Below are positions 21,029 to 35,853 of a stretch of DNA of 64,000 nucleotides, piece by piece. The stretch comes from the human T2T-CHM13v2.0 reference genome, Homo sapiens. The position numbers and the translations under genes were made by a program. The notes below the pieces were generated by a model, which did no database searches, was not told the DNA's origin, and saw only the letters and a list, made by a program, of their open reading frames with translations. The stretch is from NCBI RefSeq assembly GCF_009914755.1, contig NC_060925.1; one strand, written 5' to 3'. Within the stretch, counting starts at the first letter, position 1; every line of letters starts with the position of its first letter.

Positions 21029-24000
21029 AGAAAGAATTACCTCCTAAAGTTGTTACTCATGACATTTTGCCTTTATAATAGTTTGGTTGAAGTTTTAAAT
21101 TCATGTTGTCACATATACATGTTTTCTTGAAAGAGTTTGCCAACTTTTTCTAGATCCTCTTATCATAACTCTTTTTGTGCTCCTTCATGATTTTTTTGTG
21201 CTCCTTCATGATTCCCATTACTTTAAAAGCATTTAGAATTGGCCTGTTGTTTGTCCTTGTCTTAATGGTGCCGGTATTTTAAAGTTTAGTTGTAAGTAAG
21301 TTTTGCCATTCCTCTGAGTTAACTTGAACTGGTTTGCATAATGGTGACAAGAATGAATTTTTTCCCAAGTGGATTAAAAACTAATTTCATTATGAAGAAG
21401 TATTTTGATTCATATCCAAAGTACTGTTTTTCTGGATTAGAACCCCTACCTTTTCCCTTTGCAATGTATCTTAATTTTAACTTCTTTAAACTTACTCTGT
21501 TCCATGTAGAGCAGTAAAAAGCCAAGTTTTTCTTCCTTTTTTCCTGGATGTTTTGAAACATAATGAAACATCTGAGGATTTCAAATTCTTTTTAGACCTA
21601 TCTTCCCATTTCTGTTATTGTCTATAATTCTTCTAAATACATATTGGACCATTAACATGTTTGCTTTGTGAATGTTCATTCTTAGTGTTCAGATAGCCTA
21701 CTTATACTCGATGTGGGAAAAATGGGAAATGTTAGGGGGTTCATAAACAGAAATCCTTGCAGGAAGCCGGGTGTGACAGCAGACACCTATAATCCCAGCT
21801 ACTTGGGAGACTGAGCTGAGAGGCCCACTTGAGGCCAGGAATTTAAGGACCAGCCTGGGCAACATAGACCTTATCTCTAAAACAAAAAAAAATCCTTGCA
21901 AGAAGAGAGAATAATTGCTTCCCATTTGGAAATGATATAGGGACTTTTGAATTAGATCTATCTTGACAAAGTTTTCTAGGCCATGCTGATACAGTATAGG
22001 GAGTTTGAATCTGTTGTGAGCGCTGTCAACATAGACAAAGTTCAAGTGAGTAACTAGCTTTCTATAATAGGGACTCTCTTCACTAGGTATTTTAAAGTTG
22101 CTGCTTTCTAATTGGATATTAGGAAGTTTTATATGATATACCCTCTGAGTAATAGATAATCCTCATCTATAAAGTTCCAGAATATTTGCCTAGGTTAGAT
22201 CTCCCCTGGCTTAGAGCAGTTATACCTATAGTAACAGTAGGTTTTTGAGATTTTGGAGTATTACTTTTCTGATTAACCTAGGATTCTGATTAACCTGGAA
22301 GGTGGGACTTGTGAAAGAAATTGGATTTTGTTAGCCCAGTGAATCATCTGCATCCCACTCTATTTGAGGTCTTGGTAATAGATGTCAATTTAAATATGCA
22401 TCTATTGAAAGCAATGGAGTTTTCCAAGCATTATGACTTCCTTGATAATTTTCAGTCTTATCTTTTTTCGTATTTTCTAGTCTCTTTCCCTGTCTTTAGT
22501 CTTCTTCCTCTTAAATGGTGCTTTTCCCAGGGCCAGTCTTTCTACTTTCTAAGCAAGCAGGCTTTTTTGTTCAGGATAAGCCAGAGTTAGATATTATGAA
22601 TACTTTGAAACATCTGAATATGTTACATTCCAAAGTATGTAATTATTGATAGTAGTATCAAAACCTGGAAGATATTGGTGCAGATTATTCAGTTTTGCTG
22701 TGTAGGCAGGCTGTCTTTCTCCTCAACTGTGACACAGCAGTGACTTGAGAAGGCAAATATTACTTGAAACCCCCATTATCTTTATAGAGGGTACGTATAT
22801 AAATTTTCTTACCTGACATTTTTACCATTATCAATATATCAGTAGCTCACATCTTAACATAGAAGAAGCCCATTAGCTCAAATACTGGAAACTTCAAACA
22901 AGGAAATAAATTACAAAAGCAAAGCAGTTAATGAAAAAAACTTGTCTATTGCCTGCGTCTTTCATGTCTACTCAATAGGTCCTGTTGAGGAGGCTAGAAT
23001 ACACCATCCGGTTAAGAAAGGGGTTGTTTTGTTTTGTTTAAGACAGAGTCTTGGTCTGTCTTCCAGGCTGGAGTGCAGTGGCTCAATCTTGGCTCACTGC
23101 AATCTCCACCTCCTTGGTTCAAGCAATTCTTGTGCCTCAGCCTCCCAAATAGCTGAGATTACAGGCGTGTGCCACCATGCCCAGCTAATTTTTGTATTTT
23201 TAGTAGAGATGGGGTTTCACCATGTTGGCCAGGCTGGTCGTGAACTCCTGGCCTCAATTGATCCTCCTGCTTCGGCCTCCCAAAGTGCTGGACTTAGAGG
23301 CATGAACCACTGCACCCAGCCCCATTTAAGAGAGTTTTATATTCAGCATCTCATATGGCCTACACCATGATTTTAATATACTGTGAATCTTAGGATTTCA
23401 GTTAATCCATAATGCCAGGAGTTAAGGTATTTCATGGGAACATGTTTCCTCTTCTATGAAATCACCTGTCTGCAGTGATAGGTAATGTATAAGAGAATGT
23501 TTCATTAAGTAAATATTAAGTACTTTTTGATACCAGACAACATGCTTGGGATTTGTATAATAAAACTGGTTTTAGACATAGTTTAGACATGATGTGTCTT
23601 CCTATATTTGAGAGTCCTAAGCCCACTTGGTTGGCGTCTGGGATGCATTGCTTTTGAAAAGCCTGCACTTTTTACTGTAGAGATAAAAGATCAAAAAGGG
23701 GACAGAATTAGCTTTATTAAGTGCTTTATCGTCATAACTGTGGTTAAGACAATAATACTATGAGGTAATAACAGTAATGTTAAAAATAACTAACTTTTTT
23801 TGAATGCTTACTATGTGCCAGGCACAGTTCTATGTGCTTCACATTGATTAACTCATCTAATCCTTATGACAATCCCATGAGGGTAGATAACATCCTCATT
23901 TTAGATGGGAAGAAACAGACACAACTGACTCAGGCTAACACTAGAGTTGCCTCTAGTAGGTGTAATTATATCATATTTTATAGATGAGGAAACTGATGAA

Positions 24001-24337
24001 CCCAAGGTTACATAACTGGTAAATTACAGAGCCAATATTTACCAATCTTGATTCCAAAGCCCAGACTATCTGCATGATGTCATATTGACTCCATTTACTT
24101 ATCAAGAGTTGAAGTTGACTGGAATATACAGTAGCCAGGAACAGTACTGCTTTTTGTGAATGTGTAATTCAAGAGTAAGTGATTAGAAGATTCTTCAAAA
24201 GCTGATGCAGTTGATCTCTGAGCAGAGTTGAATAGTGAATATTTTCAGTGGATATTGCCCACTGATTCAAGGGAGTCACCCGTGTGGTTAGGTCTAATAG
24301 TGAGTGAGGTACTATCAAGGCAAAAATTGAAAGAGTT

Positions 24338-24905
24338 CCAGTTACCTATTGCTGTGTAACAAACTTAATTAAAATTAAGTAATTTTAATTACTTAAAATC
24401 AACCATTTCCTATATCATGGTTTTGTGAATCAGAAAATCCAGGAAGGGCTTGTCTGGGCAATTCTCCTCCCTGTGACAATGACTCAGGTCACCTGGTGGT
24501 ATTCAGCAGGTGGTTAGACAAGTCTGGAAGGAGTGTCCAAGATGATCTTACTTACATACCTGACACTTTGGTGGGGAGACTAGAAGGATGGACTCAGCAG
24601 GTCTCCTCTTTCTCTCCATGAAGTCTAAGGACTCTCCATGTGTTCTCTTCATCAAGGTAGTCAGATTTACTACGAGGACAGCTAAGGCCTCTGAAAGGCT
24701 GGGCAGAAGAATCTAGTCAACTTAAAGGCCAGGCCTAGAATTATCATACAGCCACCACTGTACTCTTGGTCGAAGAACTTAATGGTAAGATGACAGCAAG
24801 AATGAAGGGGGAAAAAAGAACTCAATGGTCAGCCCAAATTTAAGGAGAGAAGAAATACCCTACCACTTTATGGAAGGCATGTCCAGGACTTGGGGCTATT
24901 TTTAA
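24338..24905 (-). mobile_element. MLT1 (ERVL-MaLR) solo LTR, G/H-like
   Basis: cagttacctattgctgtgtaacaaac, tccaagatg, aaggtagtcaga motifs. Confidence 0.65.
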
Positions 24906-25136
24906 TGTGTTAATGTTTTTTTTGTTTTGTTTTGTTTTTTGTCTTGACTGTTTGGTGTTTATTCATCAGTTGTTTGTGCTGTAGAAACCATTTATTATGT
25001 CTACCATGGGTCACTAAAGGAGCTAGAAGGAGAATGAGACAAATATCTGGAGCATACTTCATTTGCTGCCCTCTCCCTCCAAGTTTCATTTATCTTATAG
25101 CAAAATTTTCATTTTGTACTGTGTTCCAAGTTGTGA

Positions 25137-25480
<344 letters not shown>

Positions 25481-28284
25481 TGAAGTGCTGGGATTACAGG
25501 CATGAGCCAACGTGCCTGGCCCGGAAAGCTTACTATTAAATAATTTGATTTCTTGGAGATATCAGTTGTATTTTAAGTTTACAAATAGGTGAATACTCTT
25601 GTGGTATGGAAACATTGCATGGCTGCTGAATCTCTTTCAACAGGAGTTTCTATTGGGTGGCTACATGGATCATATTCTTGAGATAGTGAAAAGTTTTACC
25701 TACTTATCTTAATCCCATTCTACCTCTACACCTCCAGCATGATTTTGTGCTCGAAGATGAATCAATTCCTTTCATTCTTGTTACCTTTCATACAGGAAAA
25801 TTCATCGCCCAATTTTATATGTTGTTAATCTTTTAAAATTGGCAGTTGTTACCAGCCTCTTTCATTTAAAATAACAGATCATTGAAGTTTTTTGATTTTT
25901 GGTTAGATGTGTCAGATTTAGGATGCCTTATTTAAACTCGTGCTGTCTTACTAGACTGTTCCTGCTCTGAGAAGAAATATGGACAGAGAATGAATTTCAT
26001 TGTCCATATTGATGAACCCCAAATCAATACACTTCTTAAGAAAGGTTTGAGATTATCCAGTCCATGTGCAATGAATCCTTGGAGCATTAGCTGTGTGGCC
26101 TTCCTACTGATAATCTGCAGTTATCACAGTAAAGAGATCTCTGTTCCTAGGTCAGGCCTTAGCAATTACAAATACAGGAAATAAAGGGGTACTCAATGCT
26201 GAAGACTTAATTTTGGGTACCTACAAAGTCCTGGGAAGGGAAAAAGAAGACCTTGGCATTTGTATTTGCATAACCAGAGATGGAATGTTTGAGGCTTTTA
26301 GGCATAAAGATTAATTAGATTTTATCATATAAAGATTAGGGCAAATTATTTTTTTTTCCAGTTCATTCTTAACATGTTAAGGGACAGATTTTAATGAATA
26401 AAAATTTAAAGGCCTTAAAACTTTCTTTTGGATTCACATTTCCACTCTGGTATAATCCACTCTGGTGTAGTCTGCCCTTTATGACAGAGAAAGCCTTTGA
26501 AAATATTGTCCCAGGGAATGAAAAATCTTAATGATGATCTATGGAAATGTCTCTCATTCTCTATTATAGCCCTTTGGGCCCTCCTATAGATTCTCTGTGA
26601 ATTTAAGTTTGAAATCATTTGGTGTTTGCATGAAAAATAATCCTTACTATTCATTTAAATAATTCTTAAATGTGGTCTTAAATTGCAAGAGAGAACAAAG
26701 CCAGAAAAAGGGGAACCTTGTAGATTGACCAAATATTTATTCTTTATTTTCAGCATCACAAATCTAAACCATTTCAAGCTAATACAACAACCTGAGTGAG
26801 TAGAAATTCCTTAAGGTTTAGATTTCTGCTTTTAGTCACATCTTGAAGCAGATGTTTATGACATATTTGAAGATGATCCACTGAGTTTCCTATAAAGTAA
26901 TAGAATCCTAACTATAGTGGTTCTTTAAGAACCACTGAAAAAACAGAATTGCAGTGCAGGGAACAAAGCTTAAAATGTGTTTCCTCTGGAAGCCAAGATG
27001 CTAAAAAAGGGGTCACTAATAGTGTGACTGAAGTCCGTCTCTAGAATGGCTATCAGTTAGATAGCAGAAATATTTAGAATGTATATGGCATTTCTAATAT
27101 TTTTACAAAAATAATTTTAAATCATGTAACTCGAATTTTTTTTAAAAAGTCTGTTTTCTTTTTGGAAAACTGGCACAATAAAAATAACACTAATATAATT
27201 CCATTGTATATGCATGTGCATTGAACCCAGAGTGGGTATACTAAAGATAGTTCATGCAAATAACTTATGGGAAGTTTGGCTATTTTTTCATGTATGTTTA
27301 TAAATATATTTAGTCATCTACTGTGACCTTGGTAGCACAGAAGCATTTTGTTAGCTGTATCATTAATTCTAAAAATCAAATTCTTGGCATAGTAGGCTAT
27401 GAGAGCTTTTTGTTACTTGGTATTTTGGCTAAGAAAATTATTTCTTGCACTTTCTATTTGTAAAGATGTTATAACACAATGCACCCACTTAATGCAGCTT
27501 TTCTTTAGAGAAAAAAGATGTAGGTGTAAAAGTGAAATGTATGTTTTCAAACCTGGCAAAAGGAGGGACCTCAAAAAAATAAATTTGGCTTGCCATCTAC
27601 CTGAGTAGGGTTGGGGATTAATATAAAACTTAGGTTGAAAGTGGCTGTTGGGATAGGTATACTGTTGCTGTGAATTGCAATATTGCTGTGAGTTGCCAGC
27701 TATGTATGTGTAAGTTTATGTGTGTATGTGAGAAAAAGGTATTTCGTGAAGGCATAAAAGTCAGTGTAGAATATCCTACCTCCCACTAGAGACTGAGCAT
27801 ATTCAAGATTGCTCTGTAGTCCCTTGGGCAGGAAGCTGGATTCCTCAGCCACTGTCTACCCCATTCTTCTCTATACTCACTTCAGCTCCTCTACCTCTGA
27901 GCACTTGGCTGAAGAAAGAGTATAGCTTTCTGTAGCAAGCAAAGGAAAGCCAGACCCAAAATAGAGAGGCTGCAGTATCTGAAATTCTTATCATGTTCAG
28001 ATATCAATATTTAATTTTGTTGCCCAAATCAAACAATGTCAGAACACTTGAGTTTAGTGCTTTTTTTTCTCTCTCTCTCTCCTACAGACTTCTCCCGGTT
28101 TACTGCTTTTATCCACTGGCTTCTGTTTGGCAGGAGTAGCCAGTGGAGGTCAAGTCTGTTTTTAAAGACTAAAACACCTAATTCCTTTTAATGATGTGTA
28201 ACATTTGTTTGAATCCCCAACTTCTTTTTTTTGGGGGGGCAGGGGTAGAGATGGAGTCTCCCTATGTTGCCCAGTCTCGTCTTA

Positions 28285-28431
<147 letters not shown>

Positions 28432-28434
28432 TTA

Positions 28435-28578
<144 letters not shown>

Positions 28579-31500
28579 TCAAAAAAAAAAAAAAAAAGTC
28601 TGGGCTCAAGCGATCCTACCACCTCAGCCTCCCCAAAGTGATAGGATTACAGGTGCCAGTCACCACACCTGGCCCATGATGGATTTTCAGATGACCTCTT
28701 TCACTTCTAATCTCTCCAAAGAGAGATATTCTTGTTTTTAAGGTCAATATTGTCATAATAGTCATGATGTCCTCACCTGAATGTTGTAGGTGTCAGAAAG
28801 TTGTTTCAATAGTAATATGCCACCAGGCAGACCACCTAATCTTTAAATCCAGTTGTAGCACTCAATTTATTTTCTGTTTGGGGCACTAGTGCACTGAGCC
28901 AAGTCAACTTGTCCACTTTTCTAATATTTCTTACAGCTAAGGAGGAACTGTTGGTCCTTTGATATCCTAGAATGCTTTCTACTTGTGGAAATGCTTTTTA
29001 CCCTAATACACTGATTATATTGTCTAAATGTCTAAACAGGGATTCTCTGGTTAGAAGTGAAATGAGAGAGTGACCCATTTTCAGATTTTTAGAGATTGGC
29101 TCCCGTATTTTAGGAACTAGCTGATAAGTATTTAGTTTCCTGGTGACTTTGGATACGGCAAGTGGAGATGCAGAGAATGTGAAATTCCAAATAATAAGAC
29201 AAGCATTACTCACAAATAACAACTGATACAGTAATTTCTGCCCAAATGCAGTAAGAATCTTGTAGGGAGATGAAGTGGTAAAATTAAATTATATGAATCT
29301 TTTTACCACGACTATTTTTTTTTTTCTACCTGTAGCATAGTTCTCTGCCTATAAGCCATGCTAATATCCTAGACCCAGGAATTAATTCCTGCTTAGGAAA
29401 ATTTTTCCTTCTGGCTTATCTTTTGTTTGTGCCCAGAGTTTTGTCCTAGGCCTGTCCCCTGATCTTTTGCTATAACACATACTTAAGGTGCAGCCTTCTT
29501 ACCTAAATCAGTACTTTACTGTTGCTGTTGCTGCCTATTACAGCCAGTTATTTATTTAAAAAGTAGTGAAAAAATGCCTAGGTAGTTTGATTGCAGCATG
29601 TTAAATCCATAAATCTGGACAGAAGCCATGGAGTCTTACCTTTTCTCTCTCTAGCTTGGATGAACACCGGCCTTATGCTTTCTATTACAGGACTAGTTGA
29701 CCCAGTTCTTCATATTGGTTGCACATTAGAATTGCATAGGACCCCCTCTAGACATTTACATTTTATTGGTCTGTTGTGCAACCTGGGCTTTAGGTGATTC
29801 TAATGTGCAGCCAAGGTTGAGAATCACTCCCTATGTAATCCCTAGTGGTCATGGCAGGATAACCTCAATCCAGTCCTCTTTGACCTGAAAATATCTTTAT
29901 TGATATTCCATGCATGGCTCTCAATTCAAAGTGTACAGTGGGTCAAGGCTTAGGTAGTAAAATGGATCATCCATTTGTCCTCAGAATAATTCTGGAGGGA
30001 GATATTGTCATCCATCCAGTTTCCTCTCTATACCAAATACAAAGTACACATAAATAAGCAAAACAAATTTTCAAAGTTCCTTCTCTAGAATCCTCTTTCT
30101 TTTGCATATGTAGTTTCAGTGGAGATTTCTCAACTAGCTGAAATGGAGCACTTGAATATATTAAAAGAGCCCAAACTGCTTACAGCAATTTCTATTTGTA
30201 AAATAAACAGGTGGCATTGTTAATGGAGAAAAGGAAGGATCCTGCCTGTGGTGATGGTAATATGTTTGATTATTTATCTCTTAGCCTGTCTTCTAAGTGG
30301 GATTTCAGTGTCAGTTAACTTTCACTTTTCTTGGATTGCTTTTTTGTGAATGAAATGAACTAGTTAAGGCTTAAGTATTTCTGAATAATATATGAAATGT
30401 GAAATGAGTCATTTTAGGATCTTTCTTCTGGGATGTCAAAGACCTAACCAAGTAACTCCCAAATGAGGTTCCAGATTCATTTTTCTCATCCCAGGTAGTA
30501 AACGTGTTTTAATGGGTTTGTTTCTTGCCCATGGCAACCTCAACACAGAGGGGAGAACTGTTTTATTACCCTAAAATAGTGAGAACCACTGTTCAAACTA
30601 ACTAGCTACCGAGTGACTTCTAACTCATGAAGAAAATTTGTATTTAAGAGCAAGTTCAAATGTAGCAGGCTCTCTTCTGAGAGTATTCTGGATACCACGG
30701 AAAGTTTCATTTATATATTGCTTACAAGTACGTGGTAATTTGAACTTCAGTAGGTGATATGTGCAAGGAGAAAAAGTAGGTCAAGGAGAAAGTTGGTTAG
30801 TGCAGAGGACTGACTTAGCATCAGTCTGTGAAATTTCATTAAAGTAGCACTAAGGCCTGGCTGTTTGCTTAGCATGTAAATGCTGCAGTGTCCAAGAAAA
30901 TGCCTCCTATGCCTTAGAAAATTTGCTGAAGGCTTCCTGTTACTGGTGGAGTAGAAAAGCAATAGCCTTTGAGACTCCAAAGAGAGTAGCCCCCTTAGGG
31001 TTTTCATACTGAAGAACCTTGTGGAGTACTGTGAAACATTGTTGAACTTTATGCAAATTATACTGCACTGGATTTTAAGATTTTATGGGGAGAGAGTAGA
31101 GCAGAGTGGGGAAGTAATGATAAAAGATAAATACGTAAACTTGTACTATATTTTAAGCAAGGAATGAAACAAATTCCCTAACAGGAATTCCCTGTCAGCA
31201 CTGTGAAGTTTGGTCAAGTTCTGCCTAATGGGTTGGCTTGCTGATTCCTCTTAAACCTCTAGGAAATCCTTTCTAAGACAGCAAAACAAACGTTAGTTTG
31301 AGTACTATTTCACCACCCTGCTCCATCCCCCTACTCTCAACAAAAGAAAAGCATTCCCAAACTATAGGCAAAAGAAATGTGTTCTCAGTCCATTAATTTT
31401 TCATCTGCTATGATCTCTGTTCACAGTTTTAGCACATTGCATTATTTTGTAATCTGATAGCAGAACATCAGGAACTAATGGCTTCCTTCCCTTTAAGAAA

Positions 31501-33643
31501 TCTTAAAGTTAGAACTTTTTTTTTTTTTTTTTTTTTTGAGACAGGGTCTTGATCTGTCACCCAGGCTGGAGTACAGTGGTGCAATTATAGCTCACTGCAG
31601 CCTCCACCTCCTGGACTCTATCCTCCTGCCTCAGCCTCCCAAGTAGCTGGAACTACAGGCATGTGCCACCACGCCCAGCTAAATTTTCTATTTTCTTTTA
31701 GAGACAGAGTCTCACTATGTTGCCCAGGCTGGTCTCAAACTCCTGGGCTCAAGCGATCCTCCCACCTAGGACTCCTAAAGTTACAGGTGTGAGCCACTGT
31801 GCTTGGCCTAGAACTCTGTTTTTGGCATTTCTTTCTAAATGAGTACATTGGAAGAACATTTAGGTTTCCAGGCTCCTCGTAATTTCTGAATGGGACCCGC
31901 TCTGCTCTGCCTCTGAAAGGAGGAGAAAAGGCTGAGGGTTCAAAGACAGAAAAGTCAATGTAGCAGAAATTTGATTTCCTTCAGATGGACATAGTCTGAA
32001 AGAAATCTATCCAGCTGTTCTCTATGGTGCTTATATGATGGGTGACAGCTGTCCCCATCTACCTGTCCCTGGCACTGTGCCTTCACACTGGTCACTGTGA
32101 AAAGCAGATCACACTGGACTCAGAGGCCAGAATCCAGGACAAGATCCCCCTTCTCATCTTGAGCCCATCACATCTTTGTATAGCTGTTAATGTAGCATTT
32201 ACTTCTCTATGGGAAACTCTTGGGTTTTTAACCCAAGAAGAAATTGTAAAGCATTTAAACTAGTCAGAAAATAAGATTCTGATGGTAGCGATCAAATAAA
32301 GGAAAATTTCACTTCCTCTCAGTTGATATTGATTGATAGCAAGGATCAACTATGCCCACCTCTTCCTAAGTTTCTAAAGGCTACCATAATATTTGTAAAC
32401 AACAAATTTATCTAATATTTTTTACAACTTGCTAATCAAGGAGGATTCATATTAAAACAGACAATCAGTTTCTAAAATGTTATCCCTGAAAGGGAATGGA
32501 ATAGAGTATTTTTAGCTGTAAGAACCTACCAGTCTGTTTTTTCCCTTTGAAAAAAACTAATGTTTGAGATTTGTGTCTTTTCATCTGAAGCAGTTACTCC
32601 ATTAATAGTAAAGATGCCTCGGGAAAGTCAGTGAACCAGAATAGTGCTCTTGCACCACTGAGGGTGCTAGACTGGCTTTGTGCATCTTATTTCCTAAGAA
32701 TATCAGTTTTTATTATGACCTTAATTATAAATACCTATATATAGGAGTAGGATTTTCTCTCACCCAACCCTACTTTAATCATTATCACTTAAGTGTAAAC
32801 CTCCACCTCCCCCTCTTTCCCTTTACCGAAAAAAAATGCACTTTAATTCCTAAGGAGAGTGGCTGTTCCTGGCCCTGAAACCAGATTACTTCAGGAGGAG
32901 AGTTAAGGAGGGAGAGCTCTTACCAGACCCTGTGAAATGAACCAAATTTCTTAATGTAAACACACAAGTAATAACATCCACTTTTAAGTGGCCCCCACTC
33001 CATGCCAAAGGGAAAAAGAACCGCCAAATTGAAAAAGGGTTCTAAATACCTGTCCTGATTTTGGAAGTTTCACTGGGGAAAAACTACCTAAGATTATTTT
33101 CACAGCTACCAATTTGTCAGAAACTTTGGTGGTGTTTTGTGGGAGGCTGAGATTTTTTAAATTAAAAATCAAGTGAAAACACAAAGACTCTAAGACACGA
33201 TCCTGATTTGTGTCATTTCTAAGTATCAGATTTGTTCTCCCTTCATTTGACAGGTGTTCTCAGTCTCTCCTCCTGTAAGATTCTGTCCTTCCCCTGATGA
33301 CAAGCCAATAGTTCTTGGTGGGGTTGCATGTCTCCTAGAGCCCCAGGACCCCTGTCGTGTCGGGGAAGGGGGGAGGGCAGGAGGGTGGGCAGAGACTCGG
33401 GTTGGGGGAGGGAGTTCAAAGAAAGAGTGAAAATATGGGTTTATATAAACATATTTAAAGCAGTTTAGCAAAAGCTTTCTCGTTGAACAGCTTTAAGAAC
33501 AATGTGAATGAAATCTTAGCAACTTGGTTAGTAATCTGAAAAGTCTATTAATGTATACTTGAAATTCTGTTTGTATAAAAATGCATTTTCCCCTTTATTT
33601 TAACACTGTGTAAAAGAACATTATGCATGTGAGTGGTTTGAGA

Positions 33644-33649
33644 ATTAAA
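33644..33649 (+). terminator. Distal polyadenylation signal (ATTAAA) of ZBTB37
   Basis: ATTAAA, a CA ~14 nt downstream, then tctgtcttttctgt. Confidence 0.6.
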
Positions 33650-33944
33650 TGGTTTAATACTCAGATTTGAATCTGTCTTTTCTGTATATAGAAACTAATC
33701 TGTTTAAATTTTTGATATGTTTTAGTGTGATGGAAATACTGAGAATTCACTCTCCCTTCCCTTTCTGGCTGTCTACCATCTTTTATCGCTCTCTCCCTCA
33801 TTTTCTTGATCCAGATGTGGTTACTGGGTAAAGAACAACTTGAAGGCATCATTTTACCATGTGCCCCAATAGCATGTTTCCCCTTTCCTTGTCTTCATTT
33901 CAAATGCAGAGTCCATTTATAATGTGAGATGGAAGTAGTTTGTA

Positions 33945-33950
33945 TTTATT
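33945..33950 (-). terminator. SERPINC1 polyadenylation signal AATAAA
   Basis: tttatt on the + strand, ~55 nt after the stop codon; cleavage expected near 33920. Confidence 0.9.
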
Positions 33951-34004
33951 TTTACTTCTGTTCACAAACCAAAAATAGGAAGAGGTGCAAAGAATAAGAA
34001 CATT

Positions 34005-34205
<201 letters not shown>

Positions 34206-35540
34206 CTAAATTAGCCACTCTGCCGTTCATTTTTGGCAGGTAAATCATCCACAGACACAGCAATTCCTCAAATGCTTTTGTTTTCCAGTAAAAAGTACAT
34301 TTGGGTCAGGTTGGATTCCCTCCAGAATCCTACTTCTACTCATTCTTTCATGCAGAGAATGTAAGGTACTTGTGTTTGTCCAAGCCTTGTGCTAGGTAAT
34401 AAGTGTAAGAGTTCCATTCAGGTAACCCAGAAATCTGAATGTACACAGGTTATCACATTTCTGGCTGGTACCATTGTAAATGGTTTTACAGCGGATTTTT
34501 TTTGTACCAGCCGCTGAAAGATTTTTGGCTCAAGATCTGAACTCCATAGTTGAAAGAAACAGTTTCACTCTTGGAGCATCAAGATCCAAGATACAGCTAC
34601 TCCAAAGAGCCACTCAGGACCTAGGGCCTATGAAAAGAGGTGGGTTCTCTGGCTGGACGAGATGCCATTTTCTTGGAGTAATAGACTGAAACAATGGTAT
34701 TTGAACATGGCTGATAAGCAGATCTAGAGGGAAACACCTTCAGAAAATTTTGCCTCAGGACCCAGAATATCACTAAAACTCTGTTTCTGCTCTTAATGAA
34801 AGCACATGATTAACCGGCTCCCTGGGTTTTGTGGAGCTGGTTGATGATGTCTTCTCCTTCCTTCTCACTCTTCCTTCCCCTTCCTTTGTTCCTCCCTTCC
34901 TTACCCGCTATCTCCCCATATTACCTATTTCATGCTCATTCCAGCACTAAATTATTAGCTTATTAGCAGACTAGAGTGTTTGCATGACCAGGATCCTTTT
35001 ATTCAAATCAGATTCTGGTTTTTAATGGCTTCTCAGGTCTACAATTAGTTGGGGTCCTGTTTATTAAGGATTCCCAAGGTTTTCAAAGAAAACGGCTTTG
35101 TTGTAAGAACCATGGAAAAATCTTACATATTGTGTACTGGGCTCAGGTGGATAAAATGAATCCAGACCTCTGCTTCTTCCTAATAGTAACTCAGACCCCT
35201 CAAGGAGGTCTGAGTTGACCACTTCTAACTGGAGTCCTTACCAGAGGATATTCAATGAGAGTTAAAACCCTGAGGACTCAATTTCCCTTGCAGTCTTCCT
35301 AAGTGTTCTTTCTTCCAAAAATCCATGTGAAAGAGGGTGTGAGCAGTGTCATCTTAACTTCCAAAACCATTAATACAGCACTCTTGTAAAATCCCTTGTT
35401 CTGACCTCAATACCTCTACTCTTGCTATTGTCTTAAAGGTCATTGACATTCATTGTCCTATAGATTATATCCCCACACTGATGATTTTTGCACTTAGCCT
35501 TTCTGTCCACTCCAACTCCTGCTATCATTTGAGGCAATTA

Positions 35541-35853
<313 letters not shown>

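Noticed and set aside
23452-23460. TTC-TAT-GAA resembling a Roquin CDE in the ZBTB37 UTR
   Set aside because: The stem is only 3 bp and the flanks do not pair.
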